A stretch of DNA of 63,862 nucleotides, filler included, from Lenisia limosa (taxonomy: Eukaryota; Protista; Breviatea): the NCBI GenBank assembly GCA_001655205.1. It is 15 parts of 15 records of this genome, joined end to end, with 100 filler letters (N's around TTAATTAATTAA, not from the genome) between each part and the next. Parts side by side here need not be neighbours in the genome. Positions count along the whole stretch, not along the records: positions 1 to 12,569 come from LPNZ01010746.1; positions 12,670 to 18,954 come from LPNZ01010562.1; positions 19,055 to 25,311 come from LPNZ01002221.1; 12 more parts are not named here. One strand, written 5' to 3'. This document shows positions 11,001-20,568 of the stretch, in pieces (position 1 is the stretch's first letter; each line of letters begins with the position of its first letter). A program made the translations under genes and the position numbers. The notes under the pieces were generated by a model, which saw nothing but the letters and a program-made list of their open reading frames with translations, had not been told where the DNA came from and searched no databases.

Positions 11001-12560
11001 CAAAAGTCCAGGTACGACTAGATTGACTTTTATTTTTGTAATTCAAAATAAGTAAAATACTTCAAATGATTTCTTCCCTACCAAAATTGTGTCTACCTCT
11101 TCCAGCATAAGTAAGGTTAAAATAGTTAACTTTTTTTTCAGAAAATTTAATCACGTTTACATTTCTCCTTCCATAAACCCCCCACCCCCACAGGTTGAAA
11201 CAGCCTACCAATGTGCCTGTGTTCTTCGCGACCTTATCAGCCCCTTCCTCATCCGCAGGCTCAAGAAGGACGTAAACGCTTCACTGCCGAACAAAACTGA
11301 ACAGGTACGTGGTCTTGATTAGCACTTCACTTCGGTAAGAAAAAGAACGGTAAAACAACGATAGTTTTCGAGGATTTATCGACGGATTCTGTCTTTTTTC
11401 GAACCAAAGTGAAGCGCTGGTTTTGATTTAATCACCAATCCAACATTTTGAGATGTAATAATTGGGGTTGGAGGAATAGCAATCCCAATCAATCCAACAT
11501 CATCAGAGATATGACATTATTATCGCTATCAATCCTGAGGTTTGCAGTTCGGTTCGAAAAAAGACTGAATACCCGAAAACTATCGATATTTAATGAATAT
11601 TTTTGAACAAAGTCCCACTAATTTGACAGGTTCTCTTCTGCAACCTCACTAACCGTCAAAAACGCGAATACGTGGCCTATGTGCGATCCAGCGTTGTGGA
11701 CCAGGTGCTTAATGGGAGGTTTGTGGGGGGTGGGGTGTTCAGAACAGAACTTTTCATTTAATTAAATCTAGGAATACACATTATCATGAAGATTTCAGAG
11801 ATAAAACATAACAATTTACATGAATATTCCATAAATATAGCAAAACAGCATCGAGTTGGTATTTCCATAGTATTTTGGGAATCCCCAAAATTTCTTCGGA
11901 TTTCATTTTGGGCTTCACTTCAGTTCGCAAAATTCTCGATAAATCCTCGAAAATTGTCGTTAGTTTACCGGTATTTTTAGAAACAAAGTGAAGTAATTTC
12001 ATTCCTCACGTAACACAGACGCCAAGTGTTTCCAGCCATCGACGCTCTGCGCAAAATCTGCAATCACCCCGACCTACTGACTCTGTCCATCCAGGAGCCC
12101 GTCCCGGATTACGGCGCAATCGAGAGGAGGTGGGGGAATGGGTAAGATTACATTTCTCGATGAAAACTCTCGATTTTTGAACCGAGTTGAAGTCCTATCC
12201 ACATCGCTATAATCTTGCAGTGGAAAGCTCCAAGTCCTCGCTAACATTCTGCCGAAATGGAGGGACCAAGTGGGAGTTGTTTTTCACCTTATCTTTTTTT
12301 TTCTTCTGGTATAGTTTTATACGTAGTACATTAAATGTACTGTATATAAAAGCAAATCATCTAATATACATAGGGCTTCACTTGGGTTCAAAAAGACTGC
12401 ATTTCTCGATAAATCTTTGGTCCTAAATATACATCATATACCAATCAAATGATATGAAAAACATAACGAAAACAGGGACATCGTTGTCTGCTCTTCTCAC
12501 AGACCCGCCAAGTCTTGGACATTCTGCAGGCCGCACTGGAGGAACTAGGGTTGGGGGGAT
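2099..12560 (+). CDS. ERCC6: ERCC6/CSB (Rad26) SNF2-family ATPase, transcription-coupled repair; multi-exon, truncated at contig end
   Basis: Exons give [25 protein letters not shown]...[15 protein letters not shown]...[50 protein letters not shown]...[18 protein letters not shown]...[72 protein letters not shown]...[27 protein letters not shown]...[10 protein letters not shown]...SGKLQVL...[17 protein letters not shown]. These are the SNF2 motifs with CSB-specific context. Confidence 0.95.
2500..2575. repeat. Palindromic foldback element
   Basis: aattataataaaaggtcaatttttggaac...gttcaaaaatgaccttttaatataatt; similar fragments near 4820-4870 and 61335-61375. Confidence 0.55.
2586..2733. mobile_element. 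CACT-ended MITE, family 1 (148 bp), TA-flanked
   Basis: ta|cactgcggcgcatcgacttggga...tcccgagtccatgcgccgtagtg|ta; a second copy lies at 8066-8208. Confidence 0.8.
5644..5735. mobile_element. MITE family A, subfamily A2 (TIR GGGCTTCCCT..GGT.CC), TA-flanked
   Basis: ta|gggcttccctgaggttccaaaaaagac...ggaccgttgggaagccc|ta. Confidence 0.75.
6238..6365. repeat. 60-bp tandem duplication in CSB intron
   Basis: gagaatggagtagtaatggtagctggggattaggggtatacagacagatgatgatgg repeated twice. Confidence 0.85.
6637..6730. mobile_element. MITE family A, subfamily A1 (TIR GGGCTTCACTTCGGTTCGAAAAA)
   Basis: gggcttcacttcggttcgaaaaa...tttttcgaaccgaagtgaagccc|ta, a 23-bp perfect TIR. Further copies or fragments lie near 3262, 4527, 5012, 5240, 5910, 8267, 8383, 9083, 11320, 11540, 11910, 12371, 16290, 17412, 24620, 25260, 29090, 35070, 46065, 52156, 52709, 53646, 55850, 57300, 57600, 59180, 61160 and 62825. 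Confidence 0.85.
7616..7688. mobile_element. CA(C/T)TG-ended mini-MITE, family 2 (TIR CACTGACCGGGATAAGTCTTGACCGA)
   Basis: cattggccgggataagtcttgaccg...tgatcaaggcttatcccgg; related copies at 9533-9606, 10537-10577, 3200-3245 and 56205-56272. Confidence 0.75.
8066..8208. mobile_element. CACT-ended MITE family 1, left-truncated copy
   Basis: Highly similar to 2586-2733; flanked by a 16-bp direct repeat ggggtgtgatttgaag. Confidence 0.8.
9726..10130 (-). pseudogene. Degenerate hAT-like DDE transposase fragment inside CSB intron 9478-10418 (antisense to CSB)
   Basis: 9902-9726 reads [49 protein letters not shown]...*. S-I-S-F-D-A-W-x-S-P-N resembles the first catalytic Asp motif of hAT transposases (S-L-x-x-D-x-W-T-S-P-N..A-F-x-A-I-T-A-H). 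An upstream segment ends at a gtaagt donor near 9946. Confidence 0.45.
10743..10835. mobile_element. MITE family A1 copy
   Basis: ta|gggcttcacttaggtcgaaaaa...ttttttcgaaccgaagtgaagc. Confidence 0.8.
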
Positions 12561-12569
12561 ATCTCAGCT

Positions 12570-12669
12570 NNNNNNNNNNNNNNNNNNNNNNNNNNNNNNN
12601 NNNNNNNNNNNNNTTAATTAATTAANNNNNNNNNNNNNNNNNNNNNNNNNNNNNNNNNNNNNNNNNNNN
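12570..12669. other. Artificial contig-joining spacer (44 N + TTAATTAATTAA + 44 N); 14 such spacers in the window
   Basis: Identical 100-bp blocks start at 12570, 18955, 25312, 37359, 40603, 44929, 47071, 48704, 50963, 54924, 57144, 59603, 61026 and 62590. The 12-mer puts stop codons in all six frames, and genes are cut at these points. Confidence 0.97.
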
Positions 12670-13692
12670 GCAGATTATGTTTAATATTTGTGTTTTTTTT
12701 ATCATATAGTGTTAGGGGAGAGGGGGGCTCTAGTGGATATGGGGTGTAAGTAGAGAATACTTCCAATTCCTGGGGTTTCTAACAAGATAGAAAACGTCAA
12801 CCCTTCCTCCCCCAGTATAGTCTAAATTGTGCTGCGTTATGGTTAATTGTTTCCCTATGGTGCCCCTGTTTAGTATTGTATTGAGTCGGACTATTTGAAG
12901 TACTCCAGAACTCACAGCAGAGATAAATATTTCTTTTCACGCAAAATGGCTATTGGGAGAAACGTTGTTGCCATTTATGTTTTTTTTTTTTCTTTTTGAA
13001 CAAGAGAAAGAATATACATTAAATATCTAGGGAAACAAATAAAAAAAAGGGATACCTTCAGCATTTATGGCCAAAGACCAATTCGTTCATTAGCTAATAT
13101 TAACGTAGATTAGTGTGAAAGAATGTGAGTGTGGAAAAATTCCATTGTGTATTGAAAAGTCTGGACCAAACTCTTGCATACTTGTCAATGCTGACAAACA
13201 GATTCCCGATTCAGTATCACCCCTAATATGAATCATGATTTGTGTTCCAAATCAAGAAAATCCGATTGTTGCTAAAGAAACACATTTTCTACATTTAACC
13301 AAAGTTGAAAGACTTTGCTACAAAACAAAAAACACTCAGATATCTTATTTTCAACACTTTACTCAAGACCCCTTTTCTTTACAGAATAGTCTCTATTAAA
13401 ACCAGGAGCATAAAGATCCGGCGGTTGAAAAGTATTGAATGGGTGCTTAGCTTCACAAAATACAATCATTTATATCATTTATATAAATGAGATATCAAAA
13501 AAAAGGTTGTAACTGGTCGAAGCCGTCCAAACCATCACGCTTAAAGAGAAATTGGATTATAGTATAATATTAATTCACATAATGACACACGATGATCCAA
13601 CCAATACCATACATTTACATCAAACTACTAAAACCAATCACCATCCACCATAAAAAAACAAAAACCACAAAAAAAAAAGCACAGGGGGTTTC

Positions 13693-16600
13693 TCAACGTG
13701 AGGCCTTTAAGGCACTTGCCCAATTGGGAAAGTCCACAGTATGCGCCCAACTTTCGCCAGCGTAGAGATAGGCATGGAGGGAAATCTGCGAGGGCGTGCG
13801 GTCCTCTGGAGCTAGACAAGCGCTACAGAAGGACGGCGTGTCTGGGTGGTGGTAGTAAAACGAAGGAAATTTCAATGAATCATGGTGTAAAGGTACTAAT
13901 CACGAACCAAAGAGTCTAAAAATTCTAAAATAATAAGACACATGAGCAAAAAACGATAAAATGTCACCCTTTCAAAAACACCTCTAAGTGTGTTTCTTTA
14001 CCTCCTCGCCCACCTCCAGCCTTATCTGCAGCCAGTTGGCACCGAGGGCACCAGTCAATTACCTGGGGGAGTAAATCGGAAAAGAGAATTTTGTAACAAT
14101 ATATCATATCATATTTTTTTATTGATCTATCACCTGGGGGAGTGAATTGATTAATAATATCAATTTAATTTTTTGTAAAACGAAGGAAATATTGATGAAT
14201 AATACTGGTGTGAGGGGGGGGGGGGAAGATAANNNNNNNNNNNNNNNNNNNNNNNNNNNNNNNNNNNNNNNNNNNNNNNNNNNNNNNNNNNNNNTTGGTT
14301 AAACACACGAGAGTTGAAAAAGCAAGACAAAAAAAGCCCAGGCTAGTCGCTTCTGCAGTGCCGCATCCCATCACTCCATAAACGAAGGAATTTCGAGAAA
14401 ATATTATTCTCCTTTCTAACCAACTGAGGGGGGAACAAAAGTGGAGTGAAAAAAGACTATTTCGATGAAGAACAACTAGCTCCCCCCAACCTCAGTGGCT
14501 TTCGACTTTGTAGCTGTTTGCTTGACGTTGCTGAATTCTGGGCCTGGGAAGGGTAAAGAAAAGAGTTGTATCTGGCCGAAGCCATCCACACCATTATGCT
14601 TATATATAAGAGATACGAAGACACCATCACGCAGAAATATTGGATTATAGTATCTGGCCGAAGCCGTTTGCATCACGTTCCTAAGAGATATTGGATTATA
14701 GTATAAAAATAATTCACAGACTTATGAAGACTGCCATCCAGATATATTATATGATATATACTTATAGACTATATCGATATATATGTAATACTATATCATA
14801 TATCATATACGATATGATATGGTATACTATATCATAATTTCTCTTGTCAAAAAAATATGATATTATAGAGCTCCTGCGCTTTTCTAGCCTCACAACTCCA
14901 TCAACACAGCTTCCAACAGCCACCACTGCTTACATATAATTTCCTCCGCGTGTACCCCGTAAATGTCGTCATCAACAATGGGGTGACCTGGCCGGGTAGT
15001 TATTTTAATGTAAAGAGATAAAATGAGGTTGTATATGGCCGAAGCCGTCCACAAGCATACAATACACAAGATTTCATACAATTTTCACACACAGTACCAA
15101 AGTAGAATAAATGTAAACTATGCAAGGAGTAGAATAAATGTAAACTATACAAGGAGTAGAATAAATGTAAACTATGCAAGAAAGTAGAATAAATATATAG
15201 CAATGAGAAATAAAAAACAAGGTTGTATCTGGCCATCACGCTAATAAGAGATATTGGAGTATAGTATAAAATTAAATCACCCAATCATTTGCCTTACAAC
15301 TCTGTGCACACAGCTTTCTGCGTGCCTTCCCAGCATACGAAACTATACAATACACGGAGTACACAGTAGAATAAATAAGAACTATACAATACAAGGAGAC
15401 CACAGTAGAAATAAAAGGGTCTATGTGCCACCTAGGTTGAGCAAATCAGGGAATTGTGAACAAAAACAACCCCCCAAAAAAACAATTAAAAACCCTGGGG
15501 CCTCTATCTTCCAAATCTAGCTCTAATCATTGCATTATTTGTAGTTCGTTTCCTCTTCTTTATANNNNNNNNNNNNNNNNNNNNNNNNNNNNNNNNNNNN
15601 NNNNNNNNNNNNNNNNNNNNNNNNNNNNNNNNNNNNNNNNNNNNNNNNNNNNNNNNNNNNNNNNNNNNNNNNNNNNNNNNNNNNNNNNNNNNNNNNNNNN
15701 NNNNNNNNNNNNNNNNNNNNNNNNNNCATCTCCCATCCCACAGGGAGAGTAAGAGAAAGAAGCTAAGAACAAACAACCATTTGCCATTCTTGACCCCTCT
15801 TCAGATAGCCCCATTCTTGACCCTTCTTATTCTTGAGCCCTCTTCCCTCATGTACTTTCAAGCCCCCCCCCCCCNNNNNNNNNNNNNNNNNNNNNNNNNN
15901 NNNNNNNNNNNNNNNNNNNNNNNNNNNNNNNNNNNNNNNNNNNNNNNNNNNNNNNNNNNNNNNNNNNNNNNNNNNNNNNNNNNNNNNNNNNNNNNNNNNN
16001 NNNNNNNNNNNNNNNNNNNNNNNNNNNNNNNNNNCGGAAAGTGCCAGTTTGTTAACCAAAGTTGGTCACTAAAGATATTGACATTGTAAGTACGACTCTG
16101 TGCAATTAACTGTTTGAAGAAATTGATTGACAAAATTTGAAATCAAAGTGTTTGGAATGGAGGTTCAATTGTGTTTTCAATTCACTGCACAAAGTCCTAA
16201 TTGTACGCCGTTACTCTCAGAAATTATGGCCAACTTTAAAGTTAGGCGATTGACAGTATACGCAGACATGAGATATGACTAGGGCTTTCCTACAGTCCGA
16301 AAAAGACCGTTATAATATCGATATTTATCGAGGATTTATCGAAAAATTCGGTCTTTTTTGGGACAGTGGAGATAGGGCTTTAATCCGACCCCTTACCGGT
16401 TAAAGGCATACAGGCGACAATTGACTGGTTTTTCTCTTTGTCGTAGTACAATGCCTGGATGTTGAGTATATACGTCTAAAAACATTTCAATGAGAAAACA
16501 GAGCTTGACAAAATAGTTAGCAAACACAAGTGGACAGATCCAAAAAAATCATAGGCAGAATCGGTTTTCAATTTACGATTACATGAATAGGAGTTTGAGG

Positions 16601-18697
16601 GGGTTTCTCTCAACAACAAAATGAGGGAAACAGGATGTGCCCTAAAGAAGCTCGCCAGGTGTATCTTCGGTATGAATTGCGACATGTGGTGTTTATACTG
16701 CTTACTATTAGGGGCAAAATCTTCAGGTATTTTTTTAACTATTTTTATCATTTTAGATTGTGAAATCCTTACTAAAAAAATTCTTGGTTGTAAACTCTCT
16801 TTTAATGAAAAAGATGAGTTTAAAAGGCAGATTTACAAACGGCTCCCAGACATTGACGTTGATAAATGTTATTTCTTGGAATATTTTACACCTCTCTTGA
16901 TGATCGTTATGTCTTTACTCGCTAAATTTACTATTCCTCAAGGCTACACGGCCAATTCGGCTAAATATTAACTAGGATATCCATTACTTAGTTGCAATAG
17001 CTATCAAGGTTATTCCGATGGTTTTTTCAAACATGCTGTTGTTAAACTCAAATAATAATGGAACACTGTAAAAAGAGACTTGAATCAAAAAGGTGGCAAG
17101 AAGGGACAATTAACAGTCAAGCACGAGTATTTGTCGAAATGGGAAAGAAATATATATCTTGCTAATATCAGCCAGAAAAGTTGTAAAGTGACCAACTTGT
17201 CGAAGTGAAAATAATAAATAATAATAATTCTTCGGATATCATTGGGAGTGTACAAGATAAAGTGTCACAGTAACCCACTTTAAAGAGGGTTTGGCTTGTA
17301 AGCTCCCCGTTTTCTTCAACTTTCATGTTGTGCTTGTCGCGACTCATGTTAATGCAACAGGCGTAGACCGGGGCTAGAGGGGGTTGGTAGTGGACGGGGT
17401 TAGACAGCAGTAGGGCTTCACTTCGCTTGTTTTTTTTTTAAAAAATGAATTTCTCGAGAACTTGAAAACTATCGATTTTTTAACGGTCTTTGTGGGAGCG
17501 GAGTGAAGCCCAAGAAATAAGACAACTTGTGGATAGATAGAGTTGGAAAGAAGACAATTTTGCTTCTCTTAGCGGGTCCTTATACGATTGGGAAAATATC
17601 GATATCGATCGGGGTTATTAGTGTAGTATGAGGAGAGGCGCATGACATTGAGAAGCATCAGGAAGTCTTTTGCTAAACCAACAATTACTTGGCGATTTAT
17701 TAACCTCCCACCATCAGTGGAGAAAACAGCTCCATGCACCTGCTGCTCTTTTGCACAAGCCTGAGATATCGCGTTGAGACGAGGCTGCAGTAGAGTCTCA
17801 GCTGGTTTGTGATTTTTATGAGGGGAGGGGGAGTAAAATTGGAAAATTTTATTAAACAAAAAGACCAAAATCAACTCTGTTGGCTGATAACACACGAGTG
17901 TTGATAACACCAGAACAAACAAAGCCCGGGCCAGTCGCTTTTGCAGAACCGCATCCCATCACTCCAGCGTACAGGGGTATAGTTTTAATTATGGGGGGGG
18001 GGGGNNNNNNNNNNNNNNNNNNNNNNNNNNNNNNNNNNNNNNNNNNNNNNNNNNNNNNNNNNNNNNNNNNNNNNNNNNNNNNNNNNNNNNNNNNNNNNNN
18101 NNNNNNNNNNNNTAATGAAGAGAGCGGATAAAAAAAAAACGGTGAAGGGACTCTCCCCTCCTCGATAAATATAGATATTTTCGTGACATATTATAACACA
18201 AGGCCCAAATGTCTTACTCCTTGCTCCCACCTTGTACTGCGTCTCGACCTTTCCAGGGGTCTGAGACTTTGGTAACATACGCGTTTTCCTGGGGGCTGAA
18301 CTGACCATCAACTCTTGCAATATACCTACAAAATATAATGGAAAAAAGAAGAGAAGGAAGAAGAAGCTTATACTTATCGTAAATGTCCATATCAGATGAG
18401 GAGTGAGGGTGAAAAGGAAATTTATGAAACAATAAAGCAACTCAAGAGATTAAAACACCAAAACAAACAAAGAAAGGGCCACTGGCTTCTGCAGCGGAGG
18501 GTGGGNNNNNNNNNNNNNNNNNNNNNNNNNNNNNNNNNNNNNNNNNNNNNNNNNNNNNNNNNNNNNNNNNNNNNNNNNNNNNNNNNNNNNNNNNNNNNNN
18601 NNNNNNNNNNNNNNNNNNNNNNNNNNNNNNNNTAAGGACGGGAGAAGTTCAGTCATGACTGCCGAGGCTTTTGGGGATAAACCAATTAGAGTTACGC
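13693..18697 (-). CDS. RluA-family pseudouridine synthase (RPUSD2/Pus8-Pus9/RIB2-like), 3' part
   Basis: Exons give GVTLIGLSPKASAVMTEL..YIARVDGQFSPQ..SQTLFK|ALYYDKEKNQSIVACMPLTG..GHPIVDDDIYG..VIDWCPRCQ..ISLHAYLYAGESWAHTVDFPNWASALKASR*. This matches the RluA motifs (TS)GV, KxYxARVxG, PxTG(RTHQ), GHPIxxDxxY and the LxLHA..Y..W..P.WA C-terminus. Confidence 0.85.
15100..15192. repeat. 27-bp tandem repeat (about 3.5 units) between family B copies
   Basis: agtagaataaatgtaaactatgcaagg units. Confidence 0.85.
17821..17972 (-). repeat. TIR-less dispersed repeat family D (~150 bp), full-length copy
   Basis: Sense: gtacgctggagtgatgggatgcgg..gcgactggcccgggctttgtttgtt..cacgagtg..agccaacagagttgattttgg..ttttccaattttactccccc. 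Copies lie at ~45-140, 10848-10942, 14296-14385, 18395-18500, 18715-18752, 19055-19135, 52650-52700, 52940-53010, 56840-56925, 59005-59045, 59822-59890 and 62485-62530. Confidence 0.85.
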
Positions 18698-18807
18698 CTG
18701 GGGTGGGTGGGTAATGTATTTCTGACAAAAAGAACCCAAAATCAACTCTAATGACTAAGACTTTTTGCCACATGGGTATTTCTAATCTTACAACTTTATT
18801 GAACTCA

Positions 18808-18924
18808 GGGCTCTGTGCAAATAATTAAAAAATAATTGCAAAATTTGAAGTGAGAACTATTGTCATGGGAGCTCTATTTCAGACACTTTAATTTCAAATT
18901 GTGTCAATAAATTGCACTTAGCCC
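18808..18924. mobile_element. MITE family C (TIR GGGCTCTGTGCAATT)
   Basis: gggctctgtgcaaataatt...aaattgcacttagccc|ta; related copies at 16094-16198, 30371-30505, 31273-31473, ~56750-57015 and ~58885-58933. Confidence 0.75.
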
Positions 18925-19222
18925 TAATTATATTACTGTTTACCCCCCTCCCCCNNNNNNNNNNNNNNNNNNNNNNNNNNNNNNNNNNNNNNNNNNNNTT
19001 AATTAATTAANNNNNNNNNNNNNNNNNNNNNNNNNNNNNNNNNNNNNNNNNNNNGTAAAACTGGAAAAGCTATGAACAAAATAACCTTAATCAACTCTGT
19101 TGGTTGCACACACAAAAAAGAGTTTGAAAAAACATCAGGTACAAAGAAAAGAAAATAACCATATTCACCAACTCAAGAATAAACACACAGGAGTGAAAAA
19201 AATAAAAGTAAAAGCCTCATAC

Positions 19223-20274
19223 GCTGCAAGTAGGGCAGGATTCGTGGGATGACATCTCCTCAGGGTAGTCCTTAGGGCGGCACCCGTTGGTGAGGTTGAA
19301 ATAACAGCCGTTATCCACGCACTCATGGCAGTCAAAGGTGTTGTACTGGCGGNNNNNNNNNNNNNNNNNNNNNNNNNNNNNNNNNNNNNNNNNNNNNNNN
19401 NNNNNNNNNAAAGGAGAAGATCAGGAAAAGAGGACACGATGAGAATTACCTGACATACCTGGCAGTTGGGAAGATCGAAGGTGATTGGGCCCATCTCGTA
19501 ATGAGCATGGAGCGAGAAAGCACCAGCATCATAGGTTGGAGCATCTGAACATGATTAGTGTGAAGCTGACAGACATTACAGCACAGAATGCCTCATTTAT
19601 TCAAAAATGACATTATATTTCATTTTTATCATCTTTTAAATCACATAAAAGTCCCAAGCTCCAGAGGAGGGTAAATAAAAGAGTGAAAGTCACTCAACTT
19701 ACTTGCAGGAACGGTCAAAGGCTCAGAACGAAGAACTACATTGAACTCCGGGTGTGTTACGGGATCAAACTAGACAATTAAAAGAAAGTGAAAGAAAGTG
19801 GGAAAAGAAAATGGTCATTGAAAGTCAGAAAGGTGACATTTTCCAACACAAGGTAACACTTATATACTCATTTAGCCAAACGACATCTCTCTAACTCCCT
19901 TACTGTGAAAGTCCAGGTTTGTTCAAAAGGAAAAGAGAGCGGAATCTCGGTAGCAGGGACCTATTTCAGGTTAAATTGGAAGATTGATGGGTACATAAAC
20001 ATGTGATAAGTGCGTAAAAATCGGGGCTAAAAAGAGAAAATTCGGGATGCCTACATTAGTTCCATTTTGGCCTTTAATAAAGGGTTCAAAGGTACTCAAC
20101 GTGGAGTTGAATCGCCAGCACACTTCATTGTCGCCAATTAAAGTCGAGCATCCTGAAGCGTGACAGATATCACAAAAAACAGGAATCAATTGGTAAAGAA
20201 ATAGACACTAGACACAAACCGTGGACTTGACTAAGCAACAGAAGGATAAAGCTAAAATAGAGCAAAAAATTCAT
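19223..20274 (-). CDS. Hypothetical secreted/surface protein with signal peptide and Cys-rich (PSI-like) segment, partial
   Basis: MNFLLYFSFILLLLSQVHG|CSTLIGDNEVCWRFNSTL..VPATEIPLSFPFEQTWTFT|FDPVTHPEFNVVLRSEPLTVPA|NAPTYDAGAFSLHAHYEMGPITFDLPNCQ..RQYNTFDCHECVDNGCYFNLTNGCRPKDYPEEMSSHESCPTCS; GT-AG junctions. Confidence 0.65.
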
Positions 20275-20568
20275 TTTGAACGCTACGATTCAAAACATTC
20301 TCCAAATAATTATATAATATTAATTAGATATGAACGTAAATTCAAGATGAATCAAGCTTCCAAGAGGCCAAAAACAGGAAATTGCCTTGCTTAACAGATA
20401 ACTTTACCTGGGGGTTCCAATTAAAATTCCTCAGCCAAGCTTCCATAACACGCACCCTTGGCCCTTTCTTTATTCTTTTCTTAATAATATAATTATATAA
20501 AACTTGTTTTACTTCATCAGTTGAAATTGAGAAGATCCCTCCGTCTAACGTCTCTATACTCCAATACA

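Noticed and set aside
12614-12625. Recurrent perfect palindrome TTAATTAATTAA (14 copies), superficially like a repeat array or recombination site
   Set aside because: Always centred in exactly 88 Ns and cuts genes arbitrarily; it is a six-frame-stop linker added during assembly concatenation.
13110-13400. About 100-codon plus-strand frame with a single TGA (KECECGKIPLCIEKSGPNSC...)
   Set aside because: No recognisable motif or splice support; could be decayed coding DNA but is within chance for this amount of sequence.
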